DNA from: Candidatus Electronema halotolerans
GTDB taxonomy: Bacteria > Desulfobacterota > Desulfobulbia > Desulfobulbales > Desulfobulbaceae
NCBI GenBank assembly: GCA_942493095.1
Contig: OW818675.1
Coordinates: 1,590,001-1,622,000 of the forward strand
Length of the DNA: 32,000 nt
Direction: 5' to 3'
Position 1 is the first letter of the stretch, and each line of letters begins with the position of its first letter. Shown piece after piece: positions 18,204 through 26,250 of the stretch. Under the pieces are notes generated by a model, which made no database searches, had not been told where the DNA came from, and was given only the letters and a program-made list of their open reading frames with translations. A program made the translations under genes and the position numbers.

Positions 18204-19154
18204 ATGGAACGTGCAAGAAAATGGGTGCAGGGGGTCTGGCTGGTCTTGGCAAATGGTTATTGGGCCTTTCCTTGGACCAAGACGATTTACAAAGGGCCGA
18301 TGAAGGTGATCTGCTCGCCGGGCCTGAACTGCTACTCCTGCCCTGCGGCCACGGTCTTCTGTCCCATGGGCGCGCTACAGCAGCTTCTGCTCAACGTGCG
18401 CTCCTCGATTGCCTTTGGCCAGTATTATTTCGGTGCCTTTGTCCTTGGCTCCATCGGCATGATGGGCGCGGTCTTTGGCCGCTTCATCTGCGGCTGGGCC
18501 TGCCCGTTCGGTTTTTTTCAGGAGCTGCTGCACAAGCTGCCCTCGCGCAAGTTTCCCATACCCAACTTGCTGCGCTGGCTGAAATATTTTATCCTGCTCT
18601 TTTTGGTCATTCTCTTTCCCCTGATTGTAGTTAATGATGTCGGCATGGGATCGCCGTGGTTCTGCAAATATGTCTGTCCGGCAGGCACCTTTCAGGCCGG
18701 CATCCCCATGCTCCTGCTTCAGCCGGAGCTGCGGGCCGCTGTGGGCTGGCTCTTTATCAACAAGCTGATCATCGCCATTAGCTTCACGGTCTGGTCAGTG
18801 TTCTCCTCCCGGCCTTTCTGCCGCACCGCCTGTCCGCTGGGAGCCTTTTACGCTCTCTTTGCTCATTGGCAGCTCATCCGGCTCCAGCTCAACAAGGAGA
18901 ACTGCACCAACTGCGGGGCCTGTCATAAGGTTTGTCCGGTGGATGTCAAATTCAACGAGACCCCGGCCAGCTGCGAATGCGTCAACTGCATGCGCTGCAT
19001 GACCGAAGCCTGCGCTTTTGATGCTATTTCTGTTGAAGTGGCCGGTTTCCCGGTCTTCGGCCCGGATGTGGGCAAAACCCGGTCGCCGTTGATCAGCGGT
19101 GTCCTGGGGAGAATACGGAGACGGAAACCGGCAGATATGAACCCCAATCCATAA
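18204..19154 (+). CDS. 4Fe-4S binding membrane protein (NapH/NosR-C-terminus-like)
   Basis: 316 aa; several TM helices, two 4Fe-4S motifs (CTNCGACHKVCPVD, CECVNCMRCMTEACAF), CGWACPFGFFQE and CRTACPLGAFY motifs. Confidence 0.85.
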   Translation: MERARKWVQGVWLVLANGYWAFPWTKTIYKGPMKVICSPGLNCYSCPAATVFCPMGALQQLLLNVRSSIAFGQYYFGAFVLGSIGMMGAVFGRFICGWACPFGFFQELLHKLPSRKFPIPNLLRWLKYFILLFLVILFPLIVVNDVGMGSPWFCKYVCPAGTFQAGIPMLLLQPELRAAVGWLFINKLIIAISFTVWSVFSSRPFCRTACPLGAFYALFAHWQLIRLQLNKENCTNCGACHKVCPVDVKFNETPASCECVNCMRCMTEACAFDAISVEVAGFPVFGPDVGKTRSPLISGVLGRIRRRKPADMNPNP

Positions 19155-19168
19155 TTCATAGGAGTGTC

Positions 19169-19621
19169 ATGAAGAAAGCATCCTCTTTCCTTGTTGTCGT
19201 CTTTGCAGTGCTGACAGCGTTTTTCATCGCTGCCGGGCCGGTCATGGCCAAGATGGTGGCGGTCAAAAATGAGAACGTCAACATGCGTTCCGGCCCCAGC
19301 ACCAAGAACAAGGTGCTCTGGAAGCTGGGCAAGGGCTTTCCCCTGCAAGTGCTGCGCCGTTCAGGCAGCTGGTACAAGGTGCGGGATTTTGAGGGCGCGA
19401 CCGGCTGGATTCACCGCAGCGTGGTCAACAGCTCCGGCCACATGATCGTCAAGAGGCGGAAGATCAACATCCGCAGCCGTCCGACCACCCGCAGCCGGGT
19501 GGTGGCCAAGGCCAATTACGGCGTGGTCTTCAAAACCTTGAAAAAAACAAAGAATTGGATTAAAGTCAAGCACGGCGATCTGACCGGCTGGATTAGTCGG
19601 AACCTGCTTTGGGGATTCTGA
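19169..19621 (+). CDS. Secreted bacterial SH3-domain protein
   Basis: 150 aa; signal peptide; two SH3b-like repeats (VNMRSGPSTKNKVLWKLGKGFPLQVLRRSGSWYKV, INIRSRPTTRSRVVAKANYGVVFKTLKKTKNWIKV). Confidence 0.85.
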   Translation: MKKASSFLVVVFAVLTAFFIAAGPVMAKMVAVKNENVNMRSGPSTKNKVLWKLGKGFPLQVLRRSGSWYKVRDFEGATGWIHRSVVNSSGHMIVKRRKINIRSRPTTRSRVVAKANYGVVFKTLKKTKNWIKVKHGDLTGWISRNLLWGF

Positions 19622-19657
19622 ACATGAGGAAAGGCGGCCTGAGAAGGCGGCAAACAG

Positions 19658-19692
19658 AAAGACCCGTTCCTGATGCAGGAGCGGGTCTTTTT
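19658..19692. terminator. Rho-independent terminator (hairpin with T-run)
   Basis: AAAGACCCG-T-TCCTG-ATG-CAGGA-G-CGGGTCTTT followed by T residues. Confidence 0.85.
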
Positions 19693-19699
19693 CAGTTCG

Positions 19700-19792
19700 T
19701 GGCGGAGAGAGAGGGATTCGAACCCTCGGTGGAGTGTAACCCCCACACTCGCTTAGCAGGCGAGCACCATCGGCCGGCTCGGTCATCTCTCC
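19700..19792 (-). tRNA. tRNA-Ser(GCT)
   Basis: Minus strand GGAGAGATGACCGAGCCGGCCGATGGTGCTCGCCTGCTAAGCGAGTG...GGGTTCGAATCCCTCTCTCTCCGCCA; anticodon GCT, long variable arm, encoded CCA. Confidence 0.95.
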
Positions 19793-19813
19793 GGGAAGGT
19801 TGCAGGGCCGCTC

Positions 19814-19899
19814 TGGCGGAGGAAGTAGGATTCGAACCCACGGTGCTTTCGCACAACGGTTTTCAAGACCGCCGCCTTCAACCACTCGGCCATTCCTCC
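19814..19899 (-). tRNA. tRNA-Ser(TGA)
   Basis: Minus strand GGAGGAATGGCCGAGTGGTTGAAGGCGGCGGTCTTGAAAACCGTTGTGCGAAAGCACCGTGGGTTCGAATCCTACTTCCTCCGCCA; anticodon TGA. Confidence 0.95.
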
Positions 19900-19978
19900 T
19901 CTGAGGCACTGCGCGACCCTAACATATACCAGCTGTAATTCATCCTGTCAACCCCCTTCTCATGCTGCTGACCTGCAA

Positions 19979-21598
19979 ATGAATGCTGACCAGACCGCTT
20001 TGCCAGACCAGGAACTGGCGATGCAGGACATCACCTGCCTCTATGAAATCACCAGAAATCTGGCCGCTGCCGCTGATCTTCGCCAAGCCTTGAACATGGT
20101 GGTCCGGGTGCTGGCGGAGATGAAAAAAATGGAGAACGGCACGATCACCATTGTCAATCCGCTGACCAAGGAGCTGGAGATTGAGGTGGCCTGCGGCAGC
20201 ACCCCGGCGGTGCGCAGAAAAGGCCGCTACAAACTCGGCGAGGGCATCACCGGGCGGGTGGTCGCAGTGGGCGAGCCAGTGATTGTGCCGCAGATCGCTG
20301 AGGAGCCGCTCTTTCTCAACCGCACCGGCATGCGCAGCGAGGAGCAGAAGCGGAAAAGCTCCTTCATCTGTGTGCCGATCAAGGCGGCAGTGGAGAACTC
20401 GGCCGATGGCTTGGATGGCCAGATGCAGGCCGAGAGTCTTGCCATTGGCGCGCTCTCAGTTGACCGCTGTTATGAGAAGGACTTTGGCCAGCAGTCGGAA
20501 CGCGATCTCCGTTTTCTGACCATAGTCAGCGCCCTGATTGCCCAAGCCGCGCATCGGATTCAAACCGTGAACCGGGAAAAGGAGCTGCTTTGCCGCGAGA
20601 ACCAGCAGCTCCGCCAAGAGCTGTCAGGCAAGAACCGGATCAGCGGCATTATTGGCAATTCCTCGCGAATGCAGGAGGTCTTTGCCTTAGCCCAGCGGGT
20701 GGCCAATTCCAACGCCACAGTCCTGCTCCGAGGCGAGTCAGGCACGGGCAAATCAATGGTTGCCAAAGCCCTGCATCACAACTCCGGTCGGGCCAAGAAG
20801 CCGTTTGTGGTGGTCAACTGCTCGGCCTTGCCCGAAACCCTGCTTGAAAGCGAGCTGTTCGGCCATGAGAGAGGGGCTTTCACTGGCGCGGTCGAACGCA
20901 AGGCAGGCCGTTTTGAGCAGGCCCAAGGCGGCACGCTCTTTCTTGATGAAATCGGCGAAATCAGCACGGCAGTCCAAGTCAAGCTGCTCAACGTGATTCA
21001 GGAGCGCGTCTTTCAGCGGCTGGGCGGCGCAGAGCTGCTCAAGGCGGATATTCGTCTTGTCGCGGCCACCAACCGCGATCTGGAGGCAGCAGTGCGCGAA
21101 GGCAAGTTCCGGGAAGACCTGTATTACCGGCTCAATGTCTTTCCGATTTATCTGCCACCGTTGCGCGAGCGGCGCACCGACATACTCCTGCTGGCCGAGC
21201 ATTTTCTGGAGCAGTACAGTCAGGAAAATAACAAAAGAATCGAGCGCATTTCCACCTCAGCCATTGACCTGCTGATCAAATACCACTGGCCAGGCAATGT
21301 CCGCGAGCTGCAAAACTGCATGGAGCGGGCGGTTTTGATCTGCGACTCCAGCACCATCACCTCCGTGCATCTGCCGCCGACCTTGCAAAGTGCGGAGAGC
21401 GTGGGCGGCAGCAGCGGCAGGCCGCTTGCCTTTGGTCAGGCTGTGGAGAACTTTGAGCGCGACCTGATCATTGAGGCCCTCAAGCAGTGCAACGGCAATC
21501 AGACCAAGGCGGCGGAACGCTTGGAAACCAGCCTGCGGATCATCAACTACAAGATTCACAACTACGGGATTGATCCGAAGCAGTACAAGGTGAAGTGA
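19979..21598 (+). CDS. NifA-like sigma-54-dependent activator (GAF, AAA+, Fis HTH)
   Basis: 539 aa; N-terminal GAF region, [79 protein letters not shown]-terminal Fis-type helix-turn-helix. Confidence 0.92.
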   Translation: MNADQTALPDQELAMQDITCLYEITRNLAAAADLRQALNMVVRVLAEMKKMENGTITIVNPLTKELEIEVACGSTPAVRRKGRYKLGEGITGRVVAVGEPVIVPQIAEEPLFLNRTGMRSEEQKRKSSFICVPIKAAVENSADGLDGQMQAESLAIGALSVDRCYEKDFGQQSERDLRFLTIVSALIAQAAHRIQTVNREKELLCRENQQLRQELSGKNRISGIIGNSSRMQEVFALAQRVANSNATVLLRGESGTGKSMVAKALHHNSGRAKKPFVVVNCSALPETLLESELFGHERGAFTGAVERKAGRFEQAQGGTLFLDEIGEISTAVQVKLLNVIQERVFQRLGGAELLKADIRLVAATNRDLEAAVREGKFREDLYYRLNVFPIYLPPLRERRTDILLLAEHFLEQYSQENNKRIERISTSAIDLLIKYHWPGNVRELQNCMERAVLICDSSTITSVHLPPTLQSAESVGGSSGRPLAFGQAVENFERDLIIEALKQCNGNQTKAAERLETSLRIINYKIHNYGIDPKQYKVK

Positions 21599-21603
21599 GG
21601 GGA
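21434..21603 (+). repeat. Direct repeat, copy 1: 170-bp 3' end of the NifA-like gene
   Basis: Matches 24227-24396 at 166/170 by manual alignment. Confidence 0.92.
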
Positions 21604-21668
21604 TTTTCAATTGCGCTAGTCACAGCGTAAATAATAATGAATTTTTCAATGTTTGAAGGTTCACGGCT

Positions 21669-22715
21669 ATGAGTCGGAGAAAAAATCATCGCGGTTCTGA
21701 ATGGAGAAAGTGGGACCTACATATTCATGCACCAGGCACAAAATTGAAAGATCAGTTCAAGCTGGCTAATGATGGCGATATATGGAAGGAATATTGTCAA
21801 AAACTGCATGATTCCGATGTACAGGCATTTGGTATTGCCGATTATTTTTCGGTTGATTCCTATGAGGCTGTATATGATCAATACATAAGGCGTTATCCTG
21901 ACTCACGGAAAGTGTTCTTGCCAAATATTGAATTACGAATGATCTATAGAGTTAATAAAGCTCATGAAGAGGTGCATCTTCATCTGATTTTCAATCCATT
22001 CAACCCAGACCACAAAGACAAAATCAAGCGTTTTTTGAGCATTCTTAAAACCAACAAAACAAATGATTCGGGCCTAAATATAGGCTCTCCGATAATTTCC
22101 GGGGTTGTAATTCCAGTGCTTTTGGTGAATTCAAGTTCCAAGTGCAACTTTTTTTGGTTGCAAGAAAAGGCAGTTACGGGAGTGTCACAACTTTGCTTTT
22201 GTCGCTAACTAAGAGAAAATAATTGAAAATTTACATGAAGTATTCAAAGTGCCAGCCAACCTATGCTTTTTGGATAACCAAAAAAAGTTGCACTTGCGAG
22301 TTGAATCCACAACTCACTTTACGGAGTAGTTGTCTCAGTAATGCTAACCAATCGGTATCACATAATTTTCGAGACAGCAACACTCAACAGGGGCACCACC
22401 CGATTTTGTCAACCACAGAAAAACTCGGAGAGCCTAAATATAAGGGCATCTGAATTGCAAAATAAAAACTGTTATGAGTCTGCAACCACGACAAAAGAGT
22501 TCGTGAATAAAGCACTTTTAGAAACTTATGGCAAAAATGCTAATTTGCTGGATTATGTACTCATTATTACAGCGGTGAATAATAATGGCATATTTCCAGA
22601 CAACAAACCACGTAATATATCAATAGCATACGAGCTGGATAAGTTCAGTGACGCATTCTTTGGAAATGCTGGCAATACAGAGTGGTTCCTTAAAACTGAT
22701 CGTGCCGAGGATATA
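21669..22715 (+). pseudogene. Decayed PHP-domain/AAA ATPase (TrlF-like) gene, interrupted and truncated
   Basis: 5' ORF 21669-22208 starts MSRRKNHRGSEWRKWDLHIHAPGTKLKDQF...SDVQAFGIADYFSVDSY...KVFLPNIELRMI (PHP-like). A second ORF ending at the IS junction reads ESATTTKEFVNKALLETYGKNANLLDYVLIITAVNNNGIFPDNKPRNISIAYELDKFSDAFFGNAGNTEWFLKTDR, consistent with the same protein family. Confidence 0.7.
22127..22308. mobile_element. Short non-coding element with about 33-bp inverted repeats (MITE-like), inside the PHP-AAA gene
   Basis: 22127-22159 GAATTCAAGTTCCAAGTGCAACTTTTTTTGGTT matches the reverse complement of 22276-22308 (GGATTCAACTCGCAAGTGCAACTTTTTTTGGTT). The inner 20 bp are perfect; no transposase ORF inside. 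Confidence 0.6.
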
Positions 22716-22737
22716 GCGGTTTCGTATTGAACAGATA

Positions 22738-23370
22738 TCAAACCCAGCAATGACGGAAAAACGATTTGATTGATTTTGACTTAACCGTTTTCAGAGATAT
22801 ATCATAAGCTTCCATCAGCTCACGCTCTGTTCTCGGCTTCAATTTTCTTATAGTGTTTTTCATTACTGACCAGCAGTATTCAATAGGGTTCAGTTCAGGA
22901 CGATAAGGAGGGAGGAAAATGATCTTCGCTCCTGTACTTCTGATCAAAGCGAGAGCTTCTTTGTTTTTATGAGGACTGGCATTGTCAAGAACGACTGTCT
23001 TACTGCTGTCAAGATATTTCAAAAGATAATTTTTTATATAGAAATAAAAGACATCTCCTGTCATGGTTCCTTTAAATTTCATGCACTTCAATATTTTTCC
23101 AAACTTTACAGCTCCTATCATGCTTATTCTTTTCCCTTTACCTGAAGGTCTTTTTGAAAAAGCTCTTGTTCCTTTTCTTGATCTTGCAAATTTTCTCGAC
23201 ATGTTCAAACAGCATCCTGTCTCATCAATAAAGATGAAATTCTTTTTGTCAGCCTCGATCAGGCCTGCAAGGTAATTAACTGTCTTTGCTATATTTTCTT
23301 CTTTATACGCCGCCGGATCGCGGAAAGTTTTTTTTTCCGGCTGATTTTCAGTCTGGCGAGAGTTTCGCAC
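22738..23370 (-). CDS. IS630-family transposase, C-terminal DDE reading frame (orfB)
   Basis: FIFIDETGCCLNMSRKFARS, VVLDNASPHKNKEAL, IIFLPPYRPELNPIEYCWSVMKNTIR motifs of the Tc1/mariner-IS630 DDE domain. Confidence 0.9.
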   Translation of the reverse strand: MRNSRQTENQPEKKTFRDPAAYKEENIAKTVNYLAGLIEADKKNFIFIDETGCCLNMSRKFARSRKGTRAFSKRPSGKGKRISMIGAVKFGKILKCMKFKGTMTGDVFYFYIKNYLLKYLDSSKTVVLDNASPHKNKEALALIRSTGAKIIFLPPYRPELNPIEYCWSVMKNTIRKLKPRTERELMEAYDISLKTVKSKSIKSFFRHCWV

Positions 23371-23672
23371 AGCGTGGAAGGTGCTATTTTTAAATTGAAT
23401 TTCTCGTATAAGCGATCACACATCTCTTCAAGCGTAAGATCGTTCTCGTCATCAATCATGCTGGTCAGAAAAGGAATATGAACTTCCTTGATTTTCGGAG
23501 GATTTCCGCCTTTATGAGGCTTCGGCTCAATCGTCCCCTCAGTCTTCCATCTTTTTACAAGACTTTGAACAAATTTATAGGAAACGTCAAGCAAATCTGC
23601 AGTTCTTCTCAATGATTTCTGTTTTTCATAAACAGACAAGACTTTCTTTCTGAAATCAATAGAATAAATCAT
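23289..23672 (-). CDS. IS630-family transposase, N-terminal HTH reading frame (orfA)
   Basis: Starts MIYSIDFRKKVLSVYEKQKSLRRTADLLDVSYKFVQSLVKRWKTEGTIEPKPHKGG; the track start at 23813 lies outside the IS. Confidence 0.85.
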   Translation of the reverse strand: MIYSIDFRKKVLSVYEKQKSLRRTADLLDVSYKFVQSLVKRWKTEGTIEPKPHKGGNPPKIKEVHIPFLTSMIDDENDLTLEEMCDRLYEKFNLKIAPSTLCETLARLKISRKKKLSAIRRRIKKKI

Positions 23673-23756
23673 GGCAGACCTCCGTGTGTGAAAAAATGGA
23701 AAAAACAGACAAGTCAAGTTTAATATTTTTCTGATAACCATACAACCTGAAACCGC

Positions 23757-24160
23757 TATAGGAGCTGTAAAGTTTGGAAAAATATTGAAGTGCATGAAAT
23801 TTAAAGGAACCATGACAGGAGATGTCTTTTATTTCTATATAAAAAATTATCTTTTGAAATATCTTGACAGCAGTAAGACAGTCGTTCTTGACAATGCCAG
23901 TCCTCATAAAAACAAAGAAGCTCTCGCTTTGATCAGAAGTACAGGAGCGAAGATCATTTTCCTCCCTCCTTATCGTCCTGAACTGAACCCTATTGAATAC
24001 TGCTGGTCAGTAATGAAAAACACTATAAGAAAATTGAAGCCGAGAACAGAGCGTGAGCTGATGGAAGCTTATGATATATCTCTGAAAACGGTTAAGTCAA
24101 AATCAATCAAATCGTTTTTCCGTCATTGCTGGGTTTGATATCTGTTCAATACGAAACCGC
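23757..24160 (+). mobile_element. Truncated inverted 3' fragment of the same IS630-type element
   Basis: The 117-aa ORF 23785-24138 (MKCMKFKGTMTGDVF...SFFRHCWV) is identical to the orfB C-terminus; ends in CAATACGAAACCGC followed by TATA. Pairs with 22716-23118 as inverted-repeat arms. Confidence 0.88.
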
Positions 24161-24226
24161 TATAAATGAAACATCTTTTTGATTGGCTGCATTCTTACAT
24201 CAGCGGCAGACGGCTCTCCTTTCTTG

Positions 24227-24396
24227 GGTCAAGCTGTGGAGAATTTTGAGCGCGACCTGATCATTGAGGCCCTCAAGCAGTGCAACGGCAATCAGACCAA
24301 GGCGGCGGAACGCTTGGAAACCAGCCTGCGGATCATCAACTACAAGATTCACAACTACGGGATTGATCCGAAGCAGTATAAGGTGAAATGAGGGGA
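24227..24396 (+). repeat. Direct repeat, copy 2: orphan duplicate of the NifA-like gene 3' end
   Basis: Encodes [54 protein letters not shown], identical to the C-terminus of the 19979-21598 product. Confidence 0.92.
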
Positions 24397-24492
24397 CAGT
24401 TATTTTAAACCCAAGCTGCTAAATATCAGGAAGAATGTTTCAGAGGATGCGTTATATTATCATACGGCCTGACATCTCATTAAGGAGGAAAC

Positions 24493-24756
24493 ATGGAAAC
24501 CTATTTGGTGATGGTCGATGTGACCATTGATGAAAGTCTCAAGCAAAATGTGTTTGCCTTCAAAGTGCCGACCATCCAGCCGCTGCCACTGCCCGGCGAT
24601 CTGATTCAGATTCCAGAGGCTGTGGCAAAGCAGGAAGGGGTGCCTTTTGTTCTCAAGGTGCTCTCCCGCAGGTTTATCTTGGATGACCTGATTCTTGATC
24701 GTCTGAGCCGGGACTGCAAGACCTGCATCATCCTGCTGACCGAGCCGCCTTCATAG
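24493..24756 (+). CDS. Small protein of unknown function
   Basis: 87 aa, preceded by AGGAGG (ttaaggaggaaacatg). Confidence 0.7.
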   Translation: METYLVMVDVTIDESLKQNVFAFKVPTIQPLPLPGDLIQIPEAVAKQEGVPFVLKVLSRRFILDDLILDRLSRDCKTCIILLTEPPS

Positions 24757-26250
24757 GGCACGGATGTCCGCCGGGTCTTTGGGCAGCCAGCGCAGGCCGC
24801 CCTTGAAGCCGTGACATCTGACCACATAGAGCGTCTGCACCGCCTCTTTGCCAAACCACGGCGAGCTGCGGTGCAGGATGATCTCCTCCTCCCGCCCCAC
24901 CTCGGCAAAGACTTGCCGCAGGTGAACAGCCATGCCTTTGTGCTCATAAACCCCGACTGCGTCCATGCCCAGCAGCTGGGCATCCTCAAACCAGAAGTCA
25001 TAGACATTGGGCCGCGACCAACGGTTGATCGACACAGTGCGGGGCTGGCCGGGCAGGTAGAAGGCCAGCTCGCTGGCGAACTGATAGCGCAGGCCAAAGA
25101 CAAAGGTCTGGCCGGGCTGCCGCATGTTGCTGCGGATGCGCGCCACAGTCCGAGCCAGCTCATCCCAGCCCTTGGTCTCGTGCGCGGTGCGATCCCACTT
25201 GACGGGAACTGGCAGGACAGGATAGAGGACTTGCAGCATCACGGCTGCGGACATGACGGCGGCCAGGCTGAGGCCGAAATTCCACCAGCGGCGGCCTGCG
25301 TAAATGGCGGCGGCCAGCGGCAGGCAGGCCAGATAGACTGGGGCAGGCCAGTTGCCGTAGATGCGGACATGCAGGGCCAGCAGACTGAAGATCATGAAGC
25401 CGGGCAGGGAAAGCCAGAGGAGGAAGTGTTCTTTCTCCCCCTTGCCCCAACCGCGCAGCCAGGCGGCAGCAATGAGGCAAAAGAGCACTGGCGAGAGCAG
25501 TCCGGCCTGACTGCCGAGGAATTCCGGCAGATAGTTCCACGTAAGAAGCGCGCCGCTGTTGGCCCCGCCTTGGAAGAGGACATGCCGGAATGTCACCCAG
25601 TTGTGGCGCGCATTCCAGATGATGACCGGAATGAAGAGCGACAGTCCGGCCAGCAGACCCAGCCACGGTTTCCAGCTCAGGAGCTGCTTGCGGTATGAAC
25701 CGTTAAACAGCAGGGCGCAGAAAAGCAGAAGCGGAAAGAGCGCCATTGTGTATTTGGAGAGCAAACCAAGGCCGAAGCAGAGGCCGGTCAGGAGCCAGTG
25801 CCGAAGCCTGTCCTCTTCAGCGGCAATGGCGGCGTAATAGCAGGCTGCGGCCCAGCAGGGCAGGAGCAGGCCGTCCGGGGTGGCAATCAGAGCTGCGCCG
25901 TTGAATAAGAGGATGAACTGGCTGGCAAGGGCTGTGTGCAGGGCTGTGCGCCATGAAAACCAGCGGGCTGCGAGCAGGCAGAGATAGACTGAGGCTGCGC
26001 TGATACCAAGGATGGTCGGCAGGCGGACGGCAAACTCAGTCTGACCAAAAAGCTGCGCAGCCAGCCAGATCGTCCACGCGATCATGGGCGGGTGGTCATA
26101 GTAGCCGATGTCGAGATAACGGCTCCACTGCCAGTAGTTGGCCTCGTCCGGGGTGAGAAGGAAGCAGCCGCTGATCAGCAGGCGCAGGGCCAAGGCGGCG
26201 GCAAGAATCAGCCAAGTCAGGCGGCGGGCGGCGTTCTCGTTCTCAGGCAT
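24751..26250 (-). CDS. Glycosyltransferase family 39 / ArnT-like membrane glycosyltransferase
   Basis: Multi-TM protein with LLTPDEANYWQWSRYLDIGYYDHPPMIAWTIWLAQLFGQTEFAVRLPTIL-type motif; start assigned at MPENENAARRL. Confidence 0.87.
   Translation of the reverse strand: MPENENAARRLTWLILAAALALRLLISGCFLLTPDEANYWQWSRYLDIGYYDHPPMIAWTIWLAAQLFGQTEFAVRLPTILGISAASVYLCLLAARWFSWRTALHTALASQFILLFNGAALIATPDGLLLPCWAAACYYAAIAAEEDRLRHWLLTGLCFGLGLLSKYTMALFPLLLFCALLFNGSYRKQLLSWKPWLGLLAGLSLFIPVIIWNARHNWVTFRHVLFQGGANSGALLTWNYLPEFLGSQAGLLSPVLFCLIAAAWLRGWGKGEKEHFLLWLSLPGFMIFSLLALHVRIYGNWPAPVYLACLPLAAAIYAGRRWWNFGLSLAAVMSAAVMLQVLYPVLPVPVKWDRTAHETKGWDELARTVARIRSNMRQPGQTFVFGLRYQFASELAFYLPGQPRTVSINRWSRPNVYDFWFEDAQLLGMDAVGVYEHKGMAVHLRQVFAEVGREEEIILHRSSPWFGKEAVQTLYVVRCHGFKGGLRWLPKDPADIRAL

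Larger units (their letters stand above)
22716..23756 (-). mobile_element. Complete IS630-type insertion sequence, 1041 bp
   Basis: Ends GCGGTTTCGTATTG... and ...CATACAACCTGAAACCGC (inverted GCGGTTTC termini), flanked by TA (TATA) on both sides; two-part DDE transposase inside. Confidence 0.85.

Noticed and set aside
17818-18252. N-terminal extension of the nadB ORF to 18252
   Set aside because: NadB homology begins at MHSTDILIIGSG (start 17817); the extension overlaps the divergent promoter and CD1871A-like gene.
19700-19899. tRNA-Ser pair as the integration site of the 21.4-24.4 kb segment
   Set aside because: Both tRNAs look intact and unduplicated, and are about 1.5 kb or more from the repeat boundary; the duplicated sequence is the NifA-like gene tail, not tRNA.
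22223-22453. 76-aa plus-strand ORF across the inverted-repeat element
   Set aside because: Short, Cys-rich noise frame spanning the element and the broken PHP-AAA gene; no family signal.
23289-23813. 174-aa form of transposase orfA starting at 23813
   Set aside because: The upstream 47 codons lie partly beyond the IS end, in the adjoining inverted fragment; the natural start is 23672.
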